Part shown: positions 35,068 through 43,401 of the stretch, one piece after another
How positions within the stretch are numbered: position 1 is the first letter of the stretch
How the letters are laid out: each line of letters opens with the position of its first letter
DNA from: an uncultured Actinomycetes bacterium
GTDB lineage: Bacteria > Actinomycetota > Acidimicrobiia > Acidimicrobiales > Ilumatobacteraceae
Length of the DNA stretch: 61,262 bases
Reading direction: 5' to 3'
Assembly: GCA_937928715.1 (NCBI GenBank)
Contig: CALEZQ010000157.1
Span: 1-61,262 of the forward strand
Translations under genes and position numbers: made by a program
The notes under the pieces: generated by a model
The model's database searches: none
What the model saw: only the letters and a program-made list of their open reading frames with translations
What the model was told of the DNA's origin: nothing

Positions 35068-36441
35068 GTGAGAGACCTCGACACGATGCTGCTCACGGTG
35101 CGCCATCCGGAGACCCGCAAGCATGCCGCTGAGGCCGTCGCCGCGTACCGGGCCGGCGCACTTCGCTTAGCACTCGTGGGGGCCTGGGTCGCAGTCGTCA
35201 TCGATCTGATCCACAAGGTCGAGGTACTTGCCAAAGACGGCAACGGTGACGCTGATCGATTCGCGCAACGAATCCACCGTTGCAGAGCCCAACGCGACTC
35301 TGCCCGGGAGATGAACTTCATTGAGGCGGAGATCGTCGACGCCGCAGCCCGGTTCGAACTCGTCGACTCAACGGAGACCGAACACCTTCAACGCCTCAGG
35401 GCGGACCGACACAGATGCGCGCATCCAGGTTTGCACGGCGACGACAGCTACTTCCAACCGTCGGCTGAGCTCGTCCGAGCACACCTGGCCGCTGCTTTCG
35501 ACGCAACCTGGTCACAGGCACCCATGCAAGGCCGCCAAGCCCTGCAGCGCGTGCTGCAGATTCTCACCGACCCGCTGTTCATCCCGTCCAGCAGCAACGT
35601 GATCACCGAAGGCGTATACCTGCACGCTGCCACCGGAACTCAACGACGCGTCCTCACGGTGCTCGCCAAGCACGCCATTCTGGAACTACCCGTCGATGTC
35701 GCCGACCTTTCGAATGTCGAACTCGCCGACCGTGCCGCAGTCGTCCTCAACGACCTGCTCGTCACCGATCGCAAACAGGTTGCGCAAGCAATCACCGATG
35801 TACTCAACGACGCACGCGTCGGCACCCTGGATAGCCGTGCCCTGCTTCGCCTGACCGGCCGACTCGGCCGAATGTACGAGTACTGGCAAGGACTTCCCGG
35901 GCACCTTCGCGACCACATCGAATCGCTCATCGTTCACGCCGAACTCGAAGTCATCCACGACAACAAACTCTTCGAGCTCATCGGCCATCCCGGCCTGCCT
36001 CGATTCGTGTCCGACCTCGAAGCTCGACTCGCCGAACTCGATCTCCCCAACAGGGTCGATCTCCTCAGCCGGGCCTCGTCAACCCTTCAGGCTTCCAACT
36101 CCGCCGCGCTGCTCTCCGCCGCCGGATGGTTCCGACAGGCAGAAACGATCATGAGGGTCGTCGTATGCCCTGCGATCAGTACCGTGTCCGCAGACCAAGT
36201 CGACAGCATCTTCAACGCCATCGGCCAGAACACGCAGTGCCTCTTCGCCGCCGACATGCCGGACCTACTTCACGTGTTCAGCCTCGGCTCCCACGAACGC
36301 AACATCCTCAGCGACGCGACGCTGCGTTCGTTCCTCGCCACCGCTCGGCAGCAACGCGTCAAGTTCCAACAACACCAGCGATACGACTACACGAGCCTCG
36401 AACGATTCCTCGACCCTCCTGACAGCAGAAGCGTCGACTGA
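35068..36441 (+). CDS. HEPN-like N-terminal domain protein with a long helical C-terminal region
   Basis: The N-terminal ~150 aa are helical. LQRLRADRHRCAHPG fits HEPN Rx4-6H (RHRCAH at 35407-35424) and resembles the LR..RN..AHp block of Swt1/Abi-type HEPNs. The C-terminal 300 aa have no recognisable motif. Confidence 0.55.
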   Translation: MRDLDTMLLTVRHPETRKHAAEAVAAYRAGALRLALVGAWVAVVIDLIHKVEVLAKDGNGDADRFAQRIHRCRAQRDSAREMNFIEAEIVDAAARFELVDSTETEHLQRLRADRHRCAHPGLHGDDSYFQPSAELVRAHLAAAFDATWSQAPMQGRQALQRVLQILTDPLFIPSSSNVITEGVYLHAATGTQRRVLTVLAKHAILELPVDVADLSNVELADRAAVVLNDLLVTDRKQVAQAITDVLNDARVGTLDSRALLRLTGRLGRMYEYWQGLPGHLRDHIESLIVHAELEVIHDNKLFELIGHPGLPRFVSDLEARLAELDLPNRVDLLSRASSTLQASNSAALLSAAGWFRQAETIMRVVVCPAISTVSADQVDSIFNAIGQNTQCLFAADMPDLLHVFSLGSHERNILSDATLRSFLATARQQRVKFQQHQRYDYTSLERFLDPPDSRSVD

Positions 36442-36594
36442 GTCCAGCGACCGATCGAGTTGTTCCTGCTAGCAGGGAAGGCGCACAGCAGCGGAGATGC
36501 GGACGGACTTCGTCACGGCGTGACTCGACAGTCACCTCAACCAACACCGATCGAGCGACAAGCGAAGGAACTAGGACTAGTGGATCCAGCCCAC

Positions 36595-37593
36595 ATGGAA
36601 CAACGCAAGATCAACTGGTGGCGGCCCGTCGCCACCGAGGGTCCGCTCTATGCCGGCAAGGTTGTGATCACCGGCGCCCTTCTTGCTGTCGCCGCGATAG
36701 CGGCGGGCATCATTGGCGGAGTGCCGGGCAACACTCACATGCCCGATCGGGCCACTGCCATAGATGTCGGTATCAAGATCGCAGGCGGGTTCGGAGTGCT
36801 CACAGCCGGTCTGCTCGCCTGGGAGAAGCTCCGACAATCCCACATGCAGCACACCCTGGCTGAGCGAACGCACCTTGAAAGTCTCGCCCAGACCCGCAGG
36901 TCACACCTCGATGAGCGCTTCAACACCGCGGTGGAACAACTCGGCCATCAGGCCGAAGCCGTACGTCTCGGAGCGCTCTACGCCCTCGATGCGCTACTCC
37001 GCAACAGGGACAACGACAACGACGAACGACAGCGGATCGTCAACGTCGTGTGCGCCTACGTCCGGTCCCGCTCGGCGGCACTGTTGTCCCAAGGAGGTCC
37101 TGTCGAGCCGCTTCCAACGGACTACCAGGCAGCAGCGCATATCGCACTGCACGCGCCGGAGACGTGCATTCTCGACCTGTCGGGCGCCGTGCTGCATAAC
37201 CACCATCTGGAATACCGCGTCTTCACGGAGTGCAGATTCGTCGGCACCCGATTCACGCGGTGCTACTTCACAGACTCAACGTTCACCGAGTGCGACCTGG
37301 CAGGCGCGCTGTACTCGGGCGTGCAGTTCATCGGCGTCACCTTTGCGAGGTGCGAATTGGTGACCTTCGAACTCGACCACGACACAAACCAGGTGGACGT
37401 GTTTGAGCCGACCTGGGACCACGAGAGTGTCTACTTCGACCGCGTCACAATCGTCGGAAGCCAACTCGGGAAACGAAGCCACAACGCCGTGGCGCTTAGC
37501 CTGACGGCAGACTCCGTAGTGGAATGGGTCGACGAATGCGGGTCGCCAATCGATCGCGCCGCGCTCGCCAGTTGGACAGAAGAAGCCTTCTAG
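36595..37593 (+). CDS. Membrane-anchored pentapeptide-repeat protein
   Basis: ORF 36460..37593; ATG 36595 (MEQRKINWW) or GTG 36580 are likely starts. Two TM helices (VVITGALLAVAAIAAGIIGGV and GIKIAGGFGVLTAGLLAW) are followed by a helical linker (AVRLGALYALDALL). Pentapeptide repeats follow: LSGAVLHNHHLEYRVFTECRFVGTRFTRCYFTDSTFTECDLAGALYSGVQFIGVTFARCEL. Confidence 0.7.
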   Translation: MEQRKINWWRPVATEGPLYAGKVVITGALLAVAAIAAGIIGGVPGNTHMPDRATAIDVGIKIAGGFGVLTAGLLAWEKLRQSHMQHTLAERTHLESLAQTRRSHLDERFNTAVEQLGHQAEAVRLGALYALDALLRNRDNDNDERQRIVNVVCAYVRSRSAALLSQGGPVEPLPTDYQAAAHIALHAPETCILDLSGAVLHNHHLEYRVFTECRFVGTRFTRCYFTDSTFTECDLAGALYSGVQFIGVTFARCELVTFELDHDTNQVDVFEPTWDHESVYFDRVTIVGSQLGKRSHNAVALSLTADSVVEWVDECGSPIDRAALASWTEEAF

Positions 37594-37702
37594 CGAACGC
37601 ACGCGGGCTGACGAACGTTCCACGAAAGCCTCGCCCGCCTCCGTTACGTCCCCATCGCGTGAGACTCGACTACTTCGACAACCCGCGGCTTCCGTGTTGT
37701 CG

Positions 37703-37912
37703 TCACTCTCTCGTGAGACGGTTGAGCTCGTTGAGAGCGGCGCGTACTCCGGGCCAGCGGCTGCCGAGTGAGTGGAGTGCCTTGTCGATGTCGCGTTGCC
37801 GGCTGGCGAGTTCGGCGGCGGTTTCGATGAGTTCATCGATCTGGCTCTGGGGGAGGGAGCCCATTGTGTTGGATCGTCGGAGGCTTTCGATCTGCTCAAC
37901 GGACAGCGGCAT
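37703..37912 (-). CDS. Small helical hypothetical protein (69 aa)
   Basis: Internal ATG at 37912 of ORF 37703..38008 (MPLSVEQIESLRRS...). It converges on the pentapeptide gene and diverges from the 38079 gene. No family was recognised. Confidence 0.35.
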   Translation of the reverse strand: MPLSVEQIESLRRSNTMGSLPQSQIDELIETAAELASRQRDIDKALHSLGSRWPGVRAALNELNRLTRE

Positions 37913-38078
37913 CCCACGAGCCTCGCGCGAACGAACGCATGTTCGCAATACCTCGAACTGGAGTCCGTATGCTCGCGAGATTGGAGGCATCCCGTCGCGG
38001 CATGTCATGCGGCCCAGCGTCTGTTGCGTCTAGTCGACGGAAGCTCGTCCGGGCTCAACATCATCGGAACCCTGGGTC

Positions 38079-38747
38079 ATGGCCGATTCGACCAATCCAC
38101 GGTCGGCCCGACCCCCAATACATAGGCAGCGCACGAGCCTCGAAGAAGTGCGTCGCGCTACAGACGCGGCGCGCGAGAATCGTGCTCGCCTGCGTCGGCC
38201 GTCCCGCCCTCGAATCGATCTTCGCGAGATGCTCTCGAAGAGTCCGGCCATCGACGAAACGACGCCGGCCGCTGAGCTTGACATCGACGTCGTACTCCAC
38301 CGGTTCGACGAGCTGACAGGAACGCTCTACGAGATCGTGACCGATCGCGCACCCCGGGCGCTTGCGCGGCGTCAACTCACGATCCGAAACTTCGAGGCTC
38401 GACTGAGGTGGACACACGGCGATGCTTTCGACGCGCTTGACCTGCTGCAGCTCTGCTGCGAGGAGGTTGCACAGGCGTTGTTCACCAACGTCGACAACGC
38501 CCCGGACAGTCGAGGCCGAGCGAAGAACGAGTTGCTGTACCGACTGCTCACGCGAGCATGCCTCACCACCTCGGAGATCCACGCGCAACTCCGCACCGGA
38601 CACCCGCTCGGAGCGCGAGCACGCTGGCGAACGCTTCACGAGATACATGTGGTTTTGCTCGTGCAACCGTTGACAGATCCGCGCTCGTCCTTGTCGCCGT
38701 CGCCTATACACCGTCGACCTCACAAGCGGTCGGCGCTGCTGGCGTGA
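38079..38747 (+). CDS. DUF5677-like protein, probably 3'-truncated
   Basis: LLYRLLTRACLTTSEIHAQLRTGHPLGARARWRTLHEIHVV resembles the central DUF5677 helices (from memory of that family). The last ~25 codons (PLTDPRSSLSPSPIHRRPHKRS) look non-native. Confidence 0.4.
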   Translation: MADSTNPRSARPPIHRQRTSLEEVRRATDAARENRARLRRPSRPRIDLREMLSKSPAIDETTPAAELDIDVVLHRFDELTGTLYEIVTDRAPRALARRQLTIRNFEARLRWTHGDAFDALDLLQLCCEEVAQALFTNVDNAPDSRGRAKNELLYRLLTRACLTTSEIHAQLRTGHPLGARARWRTLHEIHVVLLVQPLTDPRSSLSPSPIHRRPHKRSALLA

Positions 38748-38959
38748 TCGTGTTCTTCGAGTTGACCATCGTCGCCGCAGCAATGGCCGCCTACGAGCAT
38801 CGCAGGGCGCCGCGTTCGAAGGTGCTGGGGAGGGCGCTCGCTGGTTGTGCCGCCGCAGTGTTGGCGCTGATGTTTGGACCTGCCGCCGTGTTGGCTGCGC
38901 CGCCTACCGGGATGTGGTCAAACTGGTTGGAACATCCTGCGAGAACAGCGACACACTGA
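38744..38959 (+). CDS. Possible small two-TM membrane protein (weak call)
   Basis: The GTG at 38744 opens VIVFFELTIVAAAMAAY...ALAGCAAAVLALMFGPAAVLAAP. Third-position GC is high by eye. It overlaps the 3' end of the minus-strand membrane gene by 56 nt. Confidence 0.3.
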   Translation: MIVFFELTIVAAAMAAYEHRRAPRSKVLGRALAGCAAAVLALMFGPAAVLAAPPTGMWSNWLEHPARTATH

Positions 38960-39716
38960 AGTCGGACACGCCGACACAGCCGACGGCAATCAAGACGGCG
39001 GACAGGGCGACAAGGCCGCGGCGGACCACCCAACGTCGGGCGTCCCAGCGCACGCACGCAACAAGATTGAGACCGACCGCGAGGAACACGAATCCGAACA
39101 CCAGCGTCAGCACCGCATTCCCGATCTCGCTGCTGAGCGCCGACAGCCAGCCGTCCGACTCCTTCACCGTCGCGAACGCTGAAACCGGACCGTACGGGGT
39201 ACCCGGGCGGGCACCGAAGACCGCGCCGGCAGCACCGACAGTCCCGAGAAACCCGACGACTGCGCCTAGCAATGGGGACCTCGCTCGTGCGATCCAGACC
39301 CCTGCAACGGCCAGCCCAAATGCGGTACCGGCGACAACCGCCCTGACCAACACCCGCTGATACACGTACAGCCAAGTCAACCCGAGGGCAACTATGGCTG
39401 CAAGCACCTTCTGCAATGTCTCGTCGTCGTCCGTTGCGGAGTGGACCGGATCGACCGTGAGGTGCCGATCCATTCGCGGTGGCATCGACGTCAACGGTCG
39501 ACCCCCTCCAGCGAGCTCGCTCGCCGGCATCCACAACGGACCGCCCGGCGCACTGTTCGGACCCCGTGGCTTGTACGGGCGCACAGCCGGTGGGACGACA
39601 AGCGGGTCGTCATGTAGCGCCCGTACCAACTTGTCGAACCCGGCACCGTCCGCAAGGTTGAAATGCACACAACGCGACAACCCAGATGGCACGCGAGTTC
39701 CGCCAACCAGGTCCAC
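38904..39716 (-). CDS. Multi-pass membrane protein (hypothetical); intact paralog of the 31700-32300 fragment
   Basis: It has four to five hydrophobic helices (AAIVALGLTWLY, AVVAGTAFGLAVAGVW, LLGAVVGFLGTVGAAGAVFG, AVLTLVFGFVFLAVGLNLVA, LVALSAVLIAVGCVGV). The start is uncertain (GTG 39716; ATGs at 39530 and downstream). Confidence 0.55.
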   Translation of the reverse strand: MDLVGGTRVPSGLSRCVHFNLADGAGFDKLVRALHDDPLVVPPAVRPYKPRGPNSAPGGPLWMPASELAGGGRPLTSMPPRMDRHLTVDPVHSATDDDETLQKVLAAIVALGLTWLYVYQRVLVRAVVAGTAFGLAVAGVWIARARSPLLGAVVGFLGTVGAAGAVFGARPGTPYGPVSAFATVKESDGWLSALSSEIGNAVLTLVFGFVFLAVGLNLVACVRWDARRWVVRRGLVALSAVLIAVGCVGVSDFSVSLFSQDVPTSLTTSR

Positions 39717-40213
39717 GACGGTTCGACCGTCCTCGAGTCGATCGCGGATCGCCTCAGCCTCACGCGCCGCTGCTCCTACCCCTAAAGCGGAGACGGGCGT
39801 GACGTCAATGGCGTGCGGCTGATGAGGCAGAAGCCGTGGTGCCGGCCGGACGAGAACCGTGGGTCAAGGGACTTTGATTGCGATCGCGCAGGGCCGAACC
39901 ACTCGAACTACGACTAGGGTCAGCCCAGTTGGCTCCGGCGTTGCCCGGGCGCAGGATCCGCAGTCTCCGCGAGTCATGCCATCCCCGAGTGGGACACCAG
40001 CCCCTCGCCGTCGCCAGTCACTGTGCGCGGTTGCACCAGCATGCTACCTTGACCCATGGAAACGCCCTTCGAACCGTGCGGTTGATCGCGTGTGTCGCAA
40101 GAGCAATCATCCCAGGTCGGAGGGCACGTTCATGTGACCGTCACCCACCGCTACTAAGGAACCGAGTTAGAGCAACTGGAAGTTCGCGGTGAACGGCGAT
40201 CGCGAGGAGCGAA

Positions 40214-43200
40214 GTGATAGTCGGAGGCGGGACGAGAGGTGTTGTTCGGTATGCGAGCGAGGGCGCAGTAGCTGTGTCAGACGGGGCAGCAGCGTCGGCT
40301 GTGCGGGTGCGGGTGTTTGGGCCGACGGTGGTTACGGTCGACGGTGGCGAGGTAGCAGTGACACCGGTCGATTCCGCCGTGTTGGCGACCTTGGTGAACT
40401 TCGTCGAATGTGACAAGGACACCCTTGGGGAGTATGCGTGGCGCCAGAGTCCGACGGATCGGGCGGTCAACGCTGCGGTGTACCGGCTTCGACGGGCACT
40501 CGGGCAAGCGGCGATCGAGCGGCGGGGGGACGTGTTGAGCCTCGGCAGGTCCATCGGTTCGGATCTCGCAGAGTTCTCGGGGCTGCTCGGTGGCACCGTG
40601 TGTGACCCGGCGATGTTGAGGGTGGCGCTGGATCTGGTCACCGGCGAGCCATTCGCTTCGCTCAAGGAACATCCGGCGTGGGTGCCTATCCGGCGGCGAT
40701 GGGGCGAGCGAGTCGAAGGGGTTCGTGACGCGCTGATTGACGACATGTTGGCTCGGGGTGATGTCATTGCGGCACTTGCGGCGACCCGGCAGCAGGTTGA
40801 ACGCAATCCGACCGCCACACGGCAGATCGGGAGGCTTGTCCGCCTGTTGTTCGACTCGGGTCGCAGTGTGGAAGCGATGCGCGAACTTGAGCGTGCAAGT
40901 CACTCGTTCCGGTCTCGGGGGGTCGATATGCCCCGGTCGCTGGTCGAGATGGAACGCGCCTTGTTGAAGTCGTCCGCAGGACCGTCTCTGTTGCCGGCAC
41001 GGTCCGGGCGCTTGTACGGGCGTGATCGTGAGGAACGGGTGCTGCGCTCGTTGATCTTCGGGTCGACCGGTCTACGAACGGTGAGGGTGACCGGCCCAGG
41101 TGGCGTGGGAAAGTCGGCGATCGTGGAGTTGTTGTCGGCTGCGGCCCGCGACGCTATGTGGGTGGTGTGCATCTCTCGCGGCGACCCTGTGCAACGGGAC
41201 GCGGTGGCGGCGTTCGATGCTCTCGGGGCGCTGCTGTCGCCGGGGGGCGGGGCGGTCGGCGAAAACATCGCTGCGCTTGGCGATCTTGTCGCACGGGCCA
41301 CACGACAGGTGTTGTGGGTGATTGATGACGCACATTGGGCGCCACGGCTCTTGGAGGCGGCTCTTTCGCTCGCCCGTCGGTTTCCGGATCGACTGGTCGT
41401 TGTGGCGGCTCAGCGTTCCGCCCCCAGCGCCGCGGAGGGCTTGTTTGTGTGCGACGTCCCGCTGGTTGGATTGGACCCGACTGCAGTGGGGGATTGGCTA
41501 TCAGACTCGCGGGTGGATCACGACGTTGATGCCCTGATCGCTGCGACGGGTGGAGAACCGGGCCGTGTCGCTGCGGCCGTTGAAGAGTTCCGCCTGGGCG
41601 GGGTCATCGATGTTCGTTCGATCGTGAAGGCACGTTTCAATGGCTTGACGCCTGCTTCGCGAACAGCGATCGCCGTCCTTGCTTCGCTTGGGGTGCCGGT
41701 GCATCCGGCGGCGCTGCTGCAGTCCGGCGTTGATCAGGTATCGATTGCGGAGCTGCTGGCGCAGCGTTGGCTGATCGTCGCTGATGACCGACGGTTGGTG
41801 CTGGCGCATAGTTGCCTGGCAGTGGTCACCGAGTTCGGTTGGCTTGACGACGTTCTGTTGTGTGCTGTCGCCGACCTGGTTCCCGCAGAGCGCCGGCCGA
41901 GTGAGCAACTGCGCCGTGCTGAGGCCATCGCCCTCGGCGGCCCGGGACGTGTGGATCGGGTTGCACATCATGCTCTGGTGGCGTGTGAGCTCGCAGAGTC
42001 AGCCTCGCCTGAACAGTTCGTTTCCTATTGTGAGGAGGCGGCCGCCATTGCCCGGACTGCCCCTGGCTTTTCGCCCGAAGCGGCGATGCGGATCAAAATC
42101 TGGTTGGGGTCGGCGTTGCGGTCGGTGGGTCGGGTAGAGAAAGGCTCGGACGAGTTGTGGGCCGCGTACTCGGCGGCGCTCGAGGCGGGTTCGGTTGACG
42201 CTGCAGCCTTCGCTGCGGCGGCGTTCACGAATCCGAGTGTGGTGACGTCGGCCGGCATGAAAGCCGAGGCGGAGTCTCTCTTGCAGCGGTTCGTGGATGA
42301 CCCTGAGCTTGGTGAGTTCACAGCCGTTCGGGTCGCAGCAGCACACGCTTACCATCAGCTTGATCGTCGGAGTGTGGAAGTGGGGACGACGCTCGCGCGT
42401 GAAGCGCACCGTCGAGCTGCCGCACTGGGTCCACTCGACGAGTTCCACGTGTTGCGCAACCTTGTCGCCGAATTGTCCTATCCGCGCACGTTGCGGGATG
42501 AGGCGCGCCGATTGTTTCGTCTTGCCGTGCAGCACGGCAATCTGAGCGCAGCGACCAGCGCATTGGTGTACGAGGTGTGCGCCGACATGCGGACGCAGCA
42601 GACAACGTTCGAGGATCCGCGGCTGGATGAACTGGCGGCGATTGCGACGAGTTCGGGTAACGAGGTTGTGAAGAACCGGTGGGCCGGGGTTGCGGTCGCT
42701 CAGGCGATGCTGGCTCATGACGTGGTCAGGGTCGCTGAGATCCATGCGGATGTGCTGGGCCGCAACAGTGGCAGTGGTGAGGCATTGCCGTTCTTCAACC
42801 GTGTGTTCGGTTTGCACACGACCCTTGCGTCGCAGAGCAACTGGATAGAGCTCGATCCTGCGGCCCTTGCGGGTCACCCAACCCATCCCAGTCTCATCGT
42901 GGAGGACGACAAGCCGATAGACGAGGCAGTGGTGGCGTTCTGTCGAAACGACAGTCATGCGGCAGCGGCGGCCCTACTGCAGATGCGGATCGGGTTCGAA
43001 CGCCAGCAGCCGGCGCCGTTAGCGGTGACACGTCTTCCAGCGGCAGCCACGCTCGCGATCCGATTGGGCGATCCGCAGGTCGCTCGACATGTGCTTGACC
43101 TGAGCCGTCAGTTGTCAGGTCACGACCTGTGTCAACTCCCGATCGTGCACTTGGGTCCTGCGGACGTGTGGTTGTCGATGCTCGCAGAACTCGCCGACGA

Positions 43201-43288
43201 CCCGGAGCTCGGTGTGTTCCGGGAGCGCGCCAGTCGGCGCGTCGCTGCCCTGCACGCGACCGTGTTTCCACCGCCGATCACAACCTGA
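40214..43288 (+). CDS. AfsR/SARP-like large regulator (winged helix plus BTAD plus P-loop NTPase plus helical repeats)
   Basis: VRVRVFGPTVVTVDGGEVAV ... AVYRLRRALG is the SARP DNA-binding domain, with a BTAD-like helical region. Walker A: VTGPGGVGKSAIV. Walker B-like: LWVIDDAHW. A long TPR-like C-terminus follows. The start is uncertain (GTG 40214). Confidence 0.8.
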   Translation: MIVGGGTRGVVRYASEGAVAVSDGAAASAVRVRVFGPTVVTVDGGEVAVTPVDSAVLATLVNFVECDKDTLGEYAWRQSPTDRAVNAAVYRLRRALGQAAIERRGDVLSLGRSIGSDLAEFSGLLGGTVCDPAMLRVALDLVTGEPFASLKEHPAWVPIRRRWGERVEGVRDALIDDMLARGDVIAALAATRQQVERNPTATRQIGRLVRLLFDSGRSVEAMRELERASHSFRSRGVDMPRSLVEMERALLKSSAGPSLLPARSGRLYGRDREERVLRSLIFGSTGLRTVRVTGPGGVGKSAIVELLSAAARDAMWVVCISRGDPVQRDAVAAFDALGALLSPGGGAVGENIAALGDLVARATRQVLWVIDDAHWAPRLLEAALSLARRFPDRLVVVAAQRSAPSAAEGLFVCDVPLVGLDPTAVGDWLSDSRVDHDVDALIAATGGEPGRVAAAVEEFRLGGVIDVRSIVKARFNGLTPASRTAIAVLASLGVPVHPAALLQSGVDQVSIAELLAQRWLIVADDRRLVLAHSCLAVVTEFGWLDDVLLCAVADLVPAERRPSEQLRRAEAIALGGPGRVDRVAHHALVACELAESASPEQFVSYCEEAAAIARTAPGFSPEAAMRIKIWLGSALRSVGRVEKGSDELWAAYSAALEAGSVDAAAFAAAAFTNPSVVTSAGMKAEAESLLQRFVDDPELGEFTAVRVAAAHAYHQLDRRSVEVGTTLAREAHRRAAALGPLDEFHVLRNLVAELSYPRTLRDEARRLFRLAVQHGNLSAATSALVYEVCADMRTQQTTFEDPRLDELAAIATSSGNEVVKNRWAGVAVAQAMLAHDVVRVAEIHADVLGRNSGSGEALPFFNRVFGLHTTLASQSNWIELDPAALAGHPTHPSLIVEDDKPIDEAVVAFCRNDSHAAAAALLQMRIGFERQQPAPLAVTRLPAAATLAIRLGDPQVARHVLDLSRQLSGHDLCQLPIVHLGPADVWLSMLAELADDPELGVFRERASRRVAALHATVFPPPITT

Positions 43289-43401
43289 TCACAGAACTCA
43301 CGGTCTCGCTTCCAGTTCAGGTCGGGGCCGTCACCGCTTCCTTCTCCAGGCGTCCGTCCCACGCAGACTTCGCTGCAAACAGGTCGAAGAGGAGCGGAAC
43401 C

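Noticed and set aside
43129-43401. Upstream extension of the adhesin 2 ORF overlapping the AfsR-like gene end
   Set aside because: It overlaps the regulator's C-terminus by 160 nt. GTG 43402, with GAGGAG upstream, gives a clean signal peptide.
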